A stretch of 61,613 nt of DNA, the filler included, from Sphacelaria rigidula (lineage: Eukaryota): assembly GCA_964200075.2 (NCBI GenBank). It is 9 parts of 9 records of this genome, joined end to end, with 100 filler letters (N's around TTAATTAATTAA, not from the genome) between each part and the next. Parts side by side here need not be neighbours in the genome. Positions count along the whole stretch, not along the records: positions 20,574 to 27,330 come from CAXNAA020018231.1; positions 27,431 to 34,187 come from CAXNAA020018232.1; positions 34,288 to 41,044 come from CAXNAA020018233.1; 6 more parts are not named here. The stretch is one strand, 5' to 3'. The translations under genes and the position numbers were made by a program. Positions 24,883 to 37,987 of this stretch are shown in pieces. The notes under the pieces are model-generated. The model had not been told where the DNA came from, made no database searches, and saw nothing but the letters and a program-made list of their open reading frames with translations. The stretch's first letter is position 1, and each line of letters opens with the position of its first letter.

Positions 24883-27330
24883 TGCTACAGACAATCGGAT
24901 CTTCGCTTTTCTCCGACGACATACGTCTGTTCTGTGCACAATTCCGAGCTCCGCTGATAGCTATTACCGCCACAACTTAAATAGAGTTGTATTAACCAGA
25001 CCCCGGACATAGTTGTTACATACAGCAATTTGCTTGAATAAAATACTCAAGTAAATTAGGTCCCACGGTCCCCTCAGGCGCTATTAGGCTTCATTGATCC
25101 AGTATTTCCGGATACAAGCTTCGGCTTTTGCACGTAGCATCTCTTGGTGTCACGCTCCTTTGATTAGAGCCCATAGACCAGACACACTGCACCTGCCTCT
25201 TTAGAAACAAAGGCTGCGTACGATTATCATGTCGCATAGAAAAAACGCTGGCTATTCCCTGCAATTGGGAAACCAATCGCTTCGTCGGACCCGGAGTCAA
25301 ACTACTGGCGGTTCGAAATCGTTTAAGATGAGGGGCACGTCACCTTCAATTCATCGCCGCACGTATGCGAGCGTTGTTCGATCTCCGGGATCTGAAGACC
25401 AACTTTCGAGCGAAGCTCGTTCTTCAAGGCTTGAAGACAAGACTTTGACGCCGAGACCTGTTATCTCATGTTCCGACCCGGACTCAGAGAACATGGTAAT
25501 GCAATCGGCCGAGTCATTGGTTCCTGACGAACATGTCAGTGAACCCATAACGGTGGATTCCGTTGCACCCCCCTCGCTGCGTTCTGTTCTTCCAAATCCC
25601 AATGTGGAACCCGAAGTCAGAATTGTGCCCGCAGCTGAGTCGTCGCCCCTGGACCCACGTGTCCAGCTTGGCCCTGTAACGGTTGCTTCAACCGTGGCAC
25701 CCCGTCGCCTGACGGCTGACAATTCTCGAGACGATTCTGTCCCGACGAAACGCATTGCTTTTCGAGCAAGAGACTTTGTCACACAGGCTGCTTCCGTTAC
25801 GGACCCCCTTCGCACGACTCTCGATAGTCCCGTGCGCCCTACTGCGCAGTCCAATGTCGGACCGGCAGTTGCGGCCATGCATGCTGCCATGCAAACTCTG
25901 CATCGCACCTCCTCGGCGTCGCCGCCATCGCCATCGCCAGCTCATCGAGACATTCACGGCTTTTTGCCACGCCACGCTCCAATATCAATCGCCGTCTGCT
26001 CATATGCAATTCAGTGATGGTTCTGCACCTGCCACGCCCAAACCCGTACGTCTGGCGCCCCATTCGGCGACATCGCGCTCTCCGTTCATCACTGATGACA
26101 AATTCGATGAACATGAGTCCAGCCCTTCCTCAACGTCGCAGCAGAGCCTTACTCGCGCTTCTGATCGATGCCGCACACCGAGACTTGGTCACGATCACGT
26201 CTCCCGTTCTGGCAGTTCTAAGGGCAACTCCCAGTAAAGCTTGAATTCATCGCGCATTTCTACACGCCCGAAGAAGGTCACTCATGGCTACACTTACAAC
26301 GGTAGTTCACGTCACAGTTCCAACTCATCACGCGCTCCGAAGCGCCCGGTGAATGCTAACCGTGAACGTACTCACGAGGATGCCTGGCGGCACAGGTCAA
26401 GTTCTTCGCGCGTTCACTCGCGCTCGAAAAACACCGATCACGCACCCTCGCGTATCTCTCCTGCTCCGCATCTGTCACACAGCCGTCATGTACGCAATGA
26501 TAACACTGTACATGCTGATGATATCCAAAACATATTTTCGGACATGTCACCGGCTCCGGAATCCTCCATTGAAGGATACGGCCGCACCTCATCGCAAAAC
26601 CGACGACTACGCACTGACCGCGAACCACCTTCCCGCTCCGATGCTGTGCTTATTCGTTCTCTTCAACAACGCCCGACAGAACTTGAGAGACAACTGTCTA
26701 CCATGGACACCTCCACATTCGCTGCCGCCGCCACGAAGCCCACCTGTGCCTCTGCTGCTGCCGCTACTGTGGCCGCTACGCCTTCAGCCGCCCCCGCGAC
26801 GGCTCTTACAGCCGCTGCCGCTTCGTCGGCCGTCGACACAGACGCCGATAGTGGTTCCACAACTGCCCCTGTGCGCCCGCCCCCATCCGTGGAGGTCCTC
26901 CCTCCGCTCGGCGACGAGCACTGCCCGACCGGCCTACTCTTACGGCTGTTCACAAACCGATCCCGCGTGGAACAGGAACAGCTTATTGCCGACTATGCAT
27001 CCCAGGCGCCTGCATTGGCGCAAAACATACTTAGTCAGCAACGTGACGCTGACGCCGCCGCTACCCGCCTCCTTCTGGAGGAGCACGCAGAAATGCTGAA
27101 GGACCTCCAGCGGCAGGCCTCCCACGCTCAATCCACGAGCACGACAGTACAACGAGCGCTACAGGAGGGTCGTACTGCGGTCATGGCGGCCCAAAGACGG
27201 ATCCACGAGCTAGAAGATCATGTTCAGCGGACAGTCCAAGCAGCGGACTCGTCGGTGGCGCGCCTATCCGAGAGTCACCCAACGATAGGGGGGGGGGTAT
27301 TTGGTTGCACGAAAAACGAGGCTCATAAGT
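24883..27330 (+). mobile_element. 5' end of a second LTR retrotransposon: candidate LTR, PBS and broken gag-like ORF
   Basis: TGCTAC (24883, or 24834) ... GTAGCA (25139) inverted termini with internal AATAAA. TGGTGTCA at 25145 is a PBS-like start. Then Ser/Pro/Ala-rich and coiled-coil ORFs 25229-26017 and 26241-27330, cut by the contig end. No pol is present to confirm. Confidence 0.55.
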
Positions 27331-27430
27331 NNNNNNNNNNNNNNNNNNNNNNNNNNNNNNNNNNNNNNNNNNNNTTAATTAATTAANNNNNNNNNNNNNN
27401 NNNNNNNNNNNNNNNNNNNNNNNNNNNNNN
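27331..27430. other. Artificial contig spacer
   Basis: Same 100-nt spacer. Confidence 0.97.
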
Positions 27431-28172
27431 CGTCTTTTGGGGTGAATTTGACGTTAAGGCAAGAAAAACTGTATGAGGTTTTCGAGTTTCTCCACCAAAC
27501 TTTGTACATGTGTTCCTTGGACTCTCCCGGGACGCATCATTTCAGTATTTGTCTTTTAGGGCATTCTGTACCGGCTTCCGGGGGTCTTCATGCTGGGACC
27601 CCCGGAAGCCGGTAGAGAACGGAGGAAACATGATATACTGTCAAGAATACAATTTTTTCCATTTTGAGCATCAATACCTACGGAACTGCCGAGTTTTAGG
27701 GCGATCTGAGCTTTTCTACAGCAGAGATAGGGGACACCATCACGAGGCTCCCTGGGCCTTTCGTGCGTATCGTTAGTGGAAGTTCGACGACGCCAACACC
27801 CATCATCACCGAAACATCACGGTTTCGGGTATAATTTGACCCCCGTAGTAACCGTTTTGAAAAATATGATTTTCTTGTTAGATTCCCGTGTCGATGACGG
27901 TTACTAAGTTGAAGCATGGAGAGATTGGGTGAACATTGGACCTGGTATTCGTAATTTAGATCTCGGAACAGTTTGAAGGNNNNNNNNNNCGCCACCGCTA
28001 CGGCCTTGAACAAAAATCCGGCTATGTCATCCTCTTCGTCTGTTCATTGCGGTCAGTATGATACCATATATGCGACTATTGGGTGCGTATTGCCGAAGGC
28101 ATTTGCTGATGACATAATTTTGGGTGATCACCGTAAACCAGCCTGTAGGAGAGGTTACTTCACCACCTGGTA

Positions 28173-28440
28173 GGTATCAAAATTTCTCGGAAGTTTATGA
28201 TTTCGAATAACCCTAACCCTAACCCTAACCCTAACCCTAACCCTCACCCCAACGAAAGCATGGCGAGAACCCTCGGGTGAGGGGGGTGCGAAGTGTTCCC
28301 TGGGCAAAGGGTGCGTTTCGAGACCTCAAACCGGCGCCGATTTAGACGAAAACACTATCTGCGCACGTTAGGAGAACAAACCCATTTAAAGGTCCGGATT
28401 TCGGCATCCACACTAGAATCAAGTCGGAAAGTCTTACACC
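28173..28440 (+). mobile_element. Dispersed repeat family A, copy 3, with five perfect CCCTAA (28211-28240)
   Basis: Same body as the 3118 and 15750 copies. Weak GGT...ACC terminal inversion. Confidence 0.72.
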
Positions 28441-30661
28441 TCGCAAGTGGTGAACGCCACTGCGCTAGGAGGCACGGTCAACTCCGACAAAGATCCGATT
28501 CACGGTGTCGACACCCAAATCGAGTAATATCAACCGTGGATAGGATGGCTCCGAACTATTGTAGGATAAACTATACAGCAAGAAGAGGGCCAAGAGAACG
28601 CGGCCTAACAATTCCACAAATGTCAGATTCCGTCCGCTACACTGTGATCGTCCACGTAATGACGTTCGGGCGGGCGGGTGACGGTAAGACTATTCGGACT
28701 ACTGTGGTTTGGACACATGTGATCTCCTGCACATGAGCCCTCACGCCTTGCATAAATGATCGGGTCATTTGGGACCGCGGGGAACCAGCAGCATGCAACG
28801 GTGTCTTGGTCGTTGGGCTTTTCGGTATCTTCGGCAGGGTGTGTATTGGCAATAAAGGTATATTTGGGTGTCCAATGCGAATCCCGCAACAGTGTGCCAC
28901 TGAGAAAAAAGGGGGATGCAGGTATACGTCAATGAGAAGAAAAGGGCACGCACGCGAACCAAAAAATGGTCCGATATAACTTTTCAGCGGCGAGTCGTGT
29001 TCACCCGGGTGGTTTGTTGACAAAAAAGGGCTCTCTGAGAAGGCCTCCATGTCCACACATGAGTTAAGCCTGTTGCCGTGTGTAAAGAAGAAACGTTGGG
29101 CATGGTGAAAGTAAGGCGCTTGAGTGTGTTCTGGAGGCGCCCAGCCCGCGTGCAAGCGCCACGCATCTAACCGAAAAATGCGCAAACCACTTTTGTTCGT
29201 AAAGCCACGAGGTGTACCCCTTTTTGTATTTTCTCGAGAAAAGTAATGACTACATGAGCAGCGCCTCACATAGGCCACCATATGTGCGGCAGCAAGGTCT
29301 CCCAGCCAGAAGCTCCCCGCCAGAGACCGCTGGAGGCGAGAGTTTGGGGATATACTCACAAATTTTATCGGGAAATCACGTGAGAAAGCAAACGTCTAGA
29401 AATATATTACGCTTGTTCCTGCTGTCCACCACAATGTAGTAGGAATGTAAGTTGAACACGTCTGGGTAGCTCAAAGACTCGAAGCCTGTACTGTCTGCAT
29501 GCAGTAGGGTGTAGATGACAGTTTGCAAGCAGAAGTGTAGCGGTCTGCGGACAATGTTGAAGAATGACACCGACCCAGTGGGTAATTAAGCATGACACGT
29601 TTCCCCTGCACCTCTTCTCATGACCGTGATCATTTAGGCCCGTTTCGTCCGTATGAAACGCTCCCCTCGCATTTCTTCACCAACTTCACGGCGAGAAAAA
29701 AAATCGCCCCAAAGCGTTTTCTCCCCTTTACGCAAGGAAAACGAACACAATGTGTTCTCCCCCTTGGGCGATTTGCACAATGGCGCACAATTGCAAAAGC
29801 AATTTTGGGGCACTTTTTTTTCAGCGGTATTGTTGCAGCGACTAATCTCAAACCATTTTGAGAGAAGCAGTTGAATTTGATCCGATAAGAACGCGTCTGG
29901 CTGACGCTGCAGTAACACTCCTAAGAAAAAGTGCCTTAGAATCGTTTCCGAAAAACCATCTGGGGACGTTAAAAAAAAAGCTTGCTGAAACGATTTCTGC
30001 AAGGAGAACCATAAATATCCCCTTTACAGCGACACAGCGGCACAGCAGCACATGCAAAGATTTGATACACGACCCAACGCAATCAGACGTGAACCTGCGG
30101 AACTCCTTGCCCCCCGCACACTAATACCCCAAAGCTCGAGCCGTAGCTGCTCATCAGCTGAGCACTTTGTGCGAGACCTAGCACGAGTCTGTTCAGAATC
30201 CACTGAGAAACGATAGTTTGTGTGAGACGTGCGTGTAACACACGCACACTAATCGCCAACAACAGAAGGTTTTCGGCTGTAAAATGCCACGTCCGTGGCT
30301 GCCCTTCCTCAAATATTGGAAGGATTACTGCGCGTGAGTGGTGGGTGTTTTTCGGGGTTCGGTTTGTAGGTATTGTGTTGTCTTGCTGAGTCCTTTCTGT
30401 AGCAGCACGGAGGTTTTGGATCAACGACCACTTCGAGAACTGCCGCAATTTCAAACCTGTGTGCAGGTCCGGGATTCGGTCTCGACGTGAATTTGTTTTT
30501 TACATGACTTGAGCTCGTCGTCGTGGATACAATTCTGTTCTCGAAAAAACATTTTTGAGGTGAAAGATCGATTGTTTTCGATTAGAACGGGCCTGGAGGA
30601 AATTGCGACTTTTTCTTCATGAACTCTTTTGGATTTTGTTCGGGCTATTCGACGGGCTATT

Positions 30662-31025
30662 GCCGGTCGCCCGGGTGGCTCTGTTGGTAACTTCGAAACC
30701 TTGTCACGGTTGGATCGTGGCTTCGAATCTCGGTGTGAAGTCACACGATGTGGGATTTTCATACTATGCCCAACAGTGACGAGCGACTGTGTCGTGGATA
30801 CACAAAATTTGACTTCACGGTCGACGAGGGAAAAGGGACCGCTGTACCCCTTTTGAGATGAAAATAAGACAAGCGCCGCAGAAGGAAGGTCGAGTACTAA
30901 AATAAGATACAAAAGAAAAGACGCCTGTGTTGGCCATCCTCCTGTGGGCGACCCCGGCTGCGCCCACATACACCTCAAGGTGCGGACTGGCGTCAAGAAT
31001 AAATGGGATGACAGCGCGCGCACAC
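30662..31025 (+). mobile_element. Full-length tRNA-derived SINE (~360 bp)
   Basis: A-box-like TGGCTCTGTTGG (30676-30687), B-box-like GCTTCGAATCT (~30720), conserved body (ATGCCCAACAGT..AGCGACTGTGTCGTG..TACACAAAATT), 3' end AATAAATGGGATGACA. Confidence 0.8.
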
Positions 31026-31312
31026 GGTCGACAAGACTTTCTTGTTTCGGACAGTTCGCCAGGAAGGGCAACATGAACCAGCGGCGAAAATGACCCTTGC
31101 TTTGGTACACGCCGTCAACACAGCCCTGCCCTGAGGCAAGAAGTACAAATCAGCTTCTGATCTCGCTGTCCCAGGATAGACAACATATGTGCCTCGAGCC
31201 GTGGCTGTTGGTCAACTGTGTACAACGTTTGTGGAGTGGGGTAACCCGGCTCTATATTGAGTGACACACGGCAATTTGTGTGAGACGGGGGCCGTATATC
31301 ACAACCACAAAC

Positions 31313-31609
31313 AACAGTGTTGTCGTGAAATTGAGAGTAGAGGATACGATTGAGAGTGAAAGGCGGTCAATTAGTGAGCGAATCGTTTCAGTTCCGAAGT
31401 GCCCCTCCAGGAGGCCCGACATGCTTTCTGTAGCAGCTTGCCACTGAGGCCCTTAATATCCTTGAGTGGGATATCGACGTGTAGCTGTGAGCTCACGCAA
31501 GTGATGGAGGTAAAGAGAAGCACACACGGAATGACAATTTTAAGTTCAAGCGAGTGATCAAAACCACTCTCAATTAGCGCGCTACTCTCAATATCACAAG
31601 AGCGTTTTT
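31313..31609 (+). mobile_element. ~295-bp MITE family C, copy 1
   Basis: TIR consensus AACAACGTTCTCGTGAGATTGAGAGTAG. 4-bp direct repeat AAAC on both sides. Interior matches the 36041 and 37988 copies. Confidence 0.8.
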
Positions 31610-32980
31610 AAACGCCCGATGACGCCATCGTGAGCAGCTGTTGTTGCCACGCACACCGCAGTCCCTCTCCCAGTACCGAACGGATTGACGCGAAGCAATC
31701 AACACCGTGCATAGATGAGCAAGAACTAGCTCTGTGCGTGAGGAGCCTATGAGTATCTGTGTGTTTATTCGGCGTGCACGGTTCTCCACCCGTGTCGTGT
31801 TGCAGTCACGCGTTTCACTCACGCCCGTTGAGATTTCCAGACCTGTTTCCAACTGCGCTGAGTGCCGAAAACAACACCGCTGTTCCCACAAAGTCCGTCT
31901 TTTTTCGTTTATTCATCAAGACCCAAACTAAATGTTGTCGGCAGACAGACAGGCCCGGCTCCCTTGCTCGCTTTTTTGTTCCCCGCCCCCCTCTTTTTTT
32001 CTGCCTATGCAAGGCCTATGAAAAACACGGCCTTATTTGTAGGTTTTGTATCGGTAGGATTTACCGATGTTGTATATGTATATATAATACTTATCGGTGT
32101 ATTGGCTGTGCCGATCTACCGATATTGAATGGCGAAAATATGGCTGGTTGCACCTTTAGGTGCCACGTGAGTACCGCACGACGCGAGGATTTTACCCTAG
32201 CGAAATAAGCCGCTCTGATCATCGGTGAAGGGGGCTCGCCGGAAGCGCCGCTGGCGCAAGAAACAGAATGCGACTTGGCTTCGTCTCCCTCCGAAATCAG
32301 GCCAAGATTGCGTTGGGAAACAAACAGTTGTGTGGCAACCACTCAGAATAGACCCAGCGACGAAAAACCTATTACAGAGCAACGTAGTCCAGCACGATGG
32401 AAAGACTAGACCATCACATGGGAATAAAAAGACGCAAACTCACGTCACACAATGAAGTCACGACTGCGCTTTCGCAAAGATTGAGCGTCCTGCTGCACCA
32501 GGAAATACATGTGCAGTTCATTCAGGGCAGCTGTTGCGTTTTGCTACTGATCCAACTAGTACTTCATCGTGCGGTGTGCGAAAAATAATGTGGCACAAAG
32601 CCAGCGGCGAAATTCACCTTGATCGCATGTGCAGACGCGCACCAAGACGCCCCAAACTTGCCGAAGACCACAAGATACGAGGCACACGGGTGAGAACCTC
32701 GAAACGCTTCTTCTTCGTCTTCTTCACCGAGAGTTTTCAAACAATACAGCAAAAAAAACTCTAATATCTCTTCTGTACTTGATTATGTCCCGTTCCTGGA
32801 CCGTCAGCAACCTGCTACTGGACGTTATCGAACCGTGAGTCATGAGAGTCATCAGAACTTCGCCCTGACCCTGAGGGGGCTGCAGACATTGTTCATGCAG
32901 TATCAGTTGTACTGCTTGTTTGCTGCAGTTTTGAGGAGTGTCCGTGGATGAAATCGTGTCCCCGAATAAACTTCATCCTT

Positions 32981-33245
32981 GACACTTTCTACGATTGCCC
33001 CCCCCCCCCGCAAAAAGTAACAGCCCAAAAGTGTCACGGAACAAATGGTCATACAGCGCCTGATGTTTGGGTTCAGGCTGCATGAAGCACCTCATATGGG
33101 CTACATTGGCGAGAACAAATCCAACCGTGGGAATTCCCAGCTGCTCGTTCGTTGTGCTCGGCCTTTTCCATTCCAATTTACGTGCAAGATTTTGCCTTCC
33201 CAAACCAGGCGCTTTTGGGGGGGGGGGGCTATCGTAGAAAGTGTC
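32981..33245. mobile_element. 265-bp MITE with poly-C/poly-G TIRs
   Basis: GACACTTTCTACGATTGCCCCC... / ...GGGGGCTATCGTAGAAAGTGTC. 4-bp direct repeat CCTT. Partial copy at 54691-54757 and related interior at ~39020-39180. Confidence 0.85.
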
Positions 33246-34187
33246 CCTTCCTTTTCGGCCCCAACGTGAAATTTCATTGAATCCACTGCATGTTTTTGGA
33301 GCGGTTGGTGTCCTTACGCACGCGCGCATCATGAGCAAACGACCACATACATGTTGTGCATGGGATTTTCACAGCAGGGCGGATGCTTTTTTGTTGGGCG
33401 CGCCGTCGCACTTGCTTTCAAACCTCCTTCACACCTGAAGTCCTGACAGGGCACCAACACTCATGTCACACAACAGGGCGCGGTTTGGTGGTGCAGCGAT
33501 TCGCTGCAGTATGACCGGAGATACAATCTGCGATTATGGTACAGGTAGTGCAATGATTGATCAATTGATTGGTTATCTCCCATTAGCTGATTGCAACAAT
33601 CCAGCCCGTGGTCAGGAGCAGCAAAAAAAACAGAATAATATAAGAAAAAAATAAACGAAAAAAAACAGAAAAATACAGAAGCAACGGCCTCAGAAAGGAA
33701 AGAAGAAAGGATGTGACAACACAAACGTAGTGGACCCCAAAACAAATGCTGGAGTCGGACGGACAAACGATGGCAGATTCGAATCACCACACGTACATAC
33801 ATTCTGACGCCTGATTGCTCGGGAAGAAGAAAAACGTTGATCGCGGGTGAAAAAAACAAGTCTCTACGCAGTTTTTACGCTATTCCACGTACCTGGGGTG
33901 TGCGTATCCGGGGTGCAGCGCAAAGCCCACAGATTGATTCGTACGGTACGAATTAGTTACACTGGAAGCGAATAGTTTTCATACGGAATCATCATGCGTC
34001 CGACCGATCCTTGAAAGCTTCACGCGTATGTGGGAAAGCAAGCCGTATAGTACTCCATCATGTACTAGTAGAATGTATCAAGGGTGGGACAAATAATGAT
34101 TCGTCTGGAAAATATGATGGGTCGACTCGTGACGAATCAATCCCTAGGCTTTATTTCAGCGTTGCAACCCAGGTACACGCAGCCCAG

Positions 34188-34287
34188 NNNNNNNNNNNNN
34201 NNNNNNNNNNNNNNNNNNNNNNNNNNNNNNNTTAATTAATTAANNNNNNNNNNNNNNNNNNNNNNNNNNNNNNNNNNNNNNNNNNNN
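34188..34287. other. Artificial contig spacer
   Basis: Same 100-nt spacer. Confidence 0.97.
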
Positions 34288-36040
34288 CTTTCGTGCAAGA
34301 GAGATATGCCACTTCAGCCCCATATTTTGTTTGAACCCCAAAATATAAAATCGGCTGTTAGATGATGATGCGCCAGGGGTGAGCATCGGTTATCCAAAAA
34401 ATGGCAACTACCAGGAAGAAGCTGTCCGGCTTCTTCTACGGCGGGAATCACAACAAGATGGGGAAGACATTCCAATCACCGAGACCCACGGGCTACGGGG
34501 GCACTTCACTGATAAACGGCTCTGGCCGAGTCATCCGTAAGGCTGCGTTGGGGGTAAAACCTGGTGGTGGGGTACTGTGGGAGCCTATTCTTGACAGCTA
34601 GTTTTGTGTGGGGTACAACCAAGAATTGGGTGGGCCGAGGATGGGGAGCGAAAGAAAAGGAAGAGAATGGGGGGGACCTCAAAAAAAGACGAAGAAGCAG
34701 AAATGGAGAACAGTGGACGGTTACTGGGGAATCAGGAAAACACATCAGCGCAAGGAGTAATGTAACTCATGGGACCTTCAGTATAGGGCATGTGATACGA
34801 GTGTAGAGATACGTTGCCCAGGCACGAAAACCTCGGGCTAATCTTCTGTGCGTACTGCACTGCAGTCGGAGGGTCGGAGGTTTGCAGCAACCTTGTTTTT
34901 TTCAAGGTAAACGGGAACGCTAGGGAAAGGGGAAGGGGTACGTTCAAGAGTCGTACAGGGCGCGGGGGGGGGGGATACAACTGGATCACTGTGATGCACC
35001 GGACGCTGCAATGTCAGCCATCCCGCGGTCTGCGAGCCTCGACTACGGCTTACTTTGTGAGGATATTTGAAGGCGTGCAGTGTACATATAGTGCACGTGC
35101 TCCTCGATCCCGATAAAGTTGGCCCTCCGTAACTTTTGATTGCGGTTGAGGATAAAGTCGAGGCATCTCCGAAACGCCCGCGGCAAGATGCATAAGACCA
35201 GGGAGGTCAAAAAAAAAAGTGTAAACGTTGTCCGGACGTGGTCTTCTCGAACCCGCGACATGGGCACAAATTGGCCCTTTTCTTTCGCTACTTTTTTTTC
35301 GCTACTTTTTTTTTCTGGTTTTTTTTTTTTTCTCCATGCATTGATACTTCTGCGAGCACCCCATGCCCGCATCGGTGATAACACCAAGCACCACTGCCAC
35401 TGCAACACCCATCGTAACTAATTTGAAAATACAAGACAAAACGCCCGAAACCAGTAAAAAAACTGCATCTTGTTTTTTTCGGGTTCTAGCCCGGCACCCG
35501 AACGCCCGAAACGGCACTTTCTAGAACGAGTTCTCAGCTTAGATTCCGTTCCGATCAAAAACAATATTCACAGCCACCGTGGGGGCCCGGCAAATCGACA
35601 ACTTGTAATTTCCACCAGCTGCCCCGCACAGCTTCCGAGAGGCATAACTCCCGAGGTGGGTATGTTGTGAAACATGAAAATGCCCGCAACCGAAAGCTGC
35701 GGTTCTCAGCTTTCATTTGATATATAGTTTGCTGGGTTTGATGCCGGGCTAGATTGAGAAAAAAAGCAAGTTGCGCTATATCGGGATCGAGGAGCGCGTG
35801 CACTTTAGTAGTGAAGTTTTTTGCCAGCAGATGTTGGGGGACAGGATGACAAAGGATGGGGGGCTTGTACCCAAGATATGAAAATCTGTAGTCCACCTCG
35901 CTGACAAAGCCAAGGAGCGCGCTCTGTTCTCCCACTAGGTTGTTGCTGTTCTCCTGCTAGGCCGTTGCTGCGCACAGGGTTGCCTCCTTTTCCAGCGCAA
36001 GCCGCCAGCTGCTGTGGAATGAACTGGAGCTACCATCATG

Positions 36041-36330
36041 AACATTTTCGCGATATTAAGAGTAGAGGAATTGATTGAAAGTGAGTAGCGGACAGTTAAT
36101 GAATGAGTTGTGTCAGTTCCGAAATGCCCCTCCACAAGGTCCGATACTCTTTCTGTAGTGGCTTGCCACTGAAGCCCTTGATACCCCCGAGTAGGATATC
36201 GACGTGTAGCTGTAAGCACACGCCAGTGTTACAGGCAAAGAAGAGCACACAGAGAATGGTTGGTCAGGCTTGAGTGATGAAGCCCACTCTCAATCAAGGG
36301 TCTACTCTCAAACCTCACGAGAACGTTGTT
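36041..36330 (+). mobile_element. MITE family C, copy 2
   Basis: Colinear with 31313-31609. Flanks CATG/CATC. Confidence 0.8.
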
Positions 36331-36808
36331 CATCGTACCTTCATTCGCGCGACGTGCTCCCAGCACCTTAAGGCCTCACAGTGCCGTATCCATAGTAACG
36401 GTACTTGTGTCGCGAAGACAAACAACCACCATGTACGGTACAAATGCGACATATTTGCCAGAGTAAGGACCATGGAAGATGACCAGACCCCGTGCATTGT
36501 ACTTGCAGTAGGATCACCCCACTCGCTCGCGTTCGCAATCAAGAACAGTGTAACACAACAAGCCCGACACCCCACCATATTCCAGGGTTATGAAACAACA
36601 TCAATACAAGGCAGACAGCAGTGGGCGCACTACAGCGGTATAGGGAGTGGGTCGGTCCATGTTTCTCGCAACAACGCGGTTCTCGTCTTACAAGGAGTTT
36701 TCTGCCGTGTCGGCAATCTCGCGGGCAGCTCCGGCCTCCCCGTGCGGAAGTAGCCCGTGATCAAAAGATGACAGCCGGTACCGTTTTTCATCGCCACCAG
36801 AACCAGTC

Positions 36809-37070
36809 AAAAACATGCTCGAGTGGTGAAAATATCACACAAAATCGGGAATGTTTAACGGTCAGCGATCAAGATGCATGACTAGCTACGTGCGTCGCTA
36901 ATCGCGCCACTTCATTACGCAAACCCCACCAAACAAAAACATGCTCGAGTGGTGAAAATATCGCACAAAATCGGGAATATTTTACGGCCAGCGATCAAGA
37001 TGCATGACCAGCTACGTGCGTCGCATATCGCGTCACTTCATTAAATTACGCAAACCTTATCAAACGAAAA
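36809..37070. repeat. ~126-bp tandem duplication
   Basis: AAAACATGCTCGAGTGGTGAAAATATC...CGATCAAGATGCATGAC...CGCAAACC occurs twice. Confidence 0.9.
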
Positions 37071-37987
37071 CAGCTGCGAACAGCAAAAAATCGCACGAAT
37101 CGCCCCTCTATTCTGGCCAGTGGAAAATATTGTTATTGCAGCTTGTCTCACGCAGCCGGCGATGGTGGATTCCCAACACAGCTTCGCGAGTTCCATACTC
37201 TGTTTAGCTGAAAAGGTACCTACGATATGCCAAACACTTCCCCATCTCGGCTGATAACGGTAGAGGTGTGCCCTGTTGCGAAACCGCCATCATTACATCA
37301 CAGGACAGGGTCAACCAGCCATGGGAGGGGAGGGGGGGAGGGGCGGGGGCATACTCGCATTCCTCGGGGGCAAGGATAGTTATCCAACACTTTTACAACC
37401 CGAAACGGGGGACATCATCTTATTTAGCACATATACACATTTCTAGGTCATAACCCACGACCAGAGAAATGCTACACTGGTCGGTGGGCGATAGCGCTGT
37501 CATCTGTGCAGCTGTCCGATGCTACGACACTGCAAACATTCGACAATGAGAATGGTTGCCGTAGAGCAGAAATCGCACACGGTTTGCAGCGAAGATGCCA
37601 ATACATACCAAGCTAGCACTCGCACAAGGACACTCACGCTCATCCGGTCCGCAACACGAAACACGAAATAACAGACCTCGTACAGGACGCGCGTACGCAC
37701 GCACACAGACAGCACAAACGAAACACCGAGCACCCCAAAGCGCTACGATATCAGCATCGACACAGCAGGGAGCTCCCTCGCCCTGACGGCTGCCGCACAC
37801 ACGCTTGGCAACTACCGCGGGGTCTGCGTCCCCACCACGAGAGCTGGATCTCATGGGAACTCACTCACTGAGGTCCACCCTTTGTGACAAGGCTGTGAGA
37901 ATTTCGGCACCATGCTTACATGCGCAGGACTAGATCCTCCTCATTTTCTCCTTGGCTGACTCTACTTCCCCGTGAGATACGGCAAAT

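Noticed and set aside
28211..28250. True telomere or chromosome end
   Set aside because: Only five units, embedded inside a dispersed repeat found on other contigs.
28637..29359. 240-aa minus-strand ORF
   Set aside because: No recognisable motif or splice structure; possibly a decayed TE but unsupported.
30662..30740. tRNA gene (also 8040-8110)
   Set aside because: A/B-box-like motifs are present but there is no convincing cloverleaf, and the sequence continues into a repeated SINE body.
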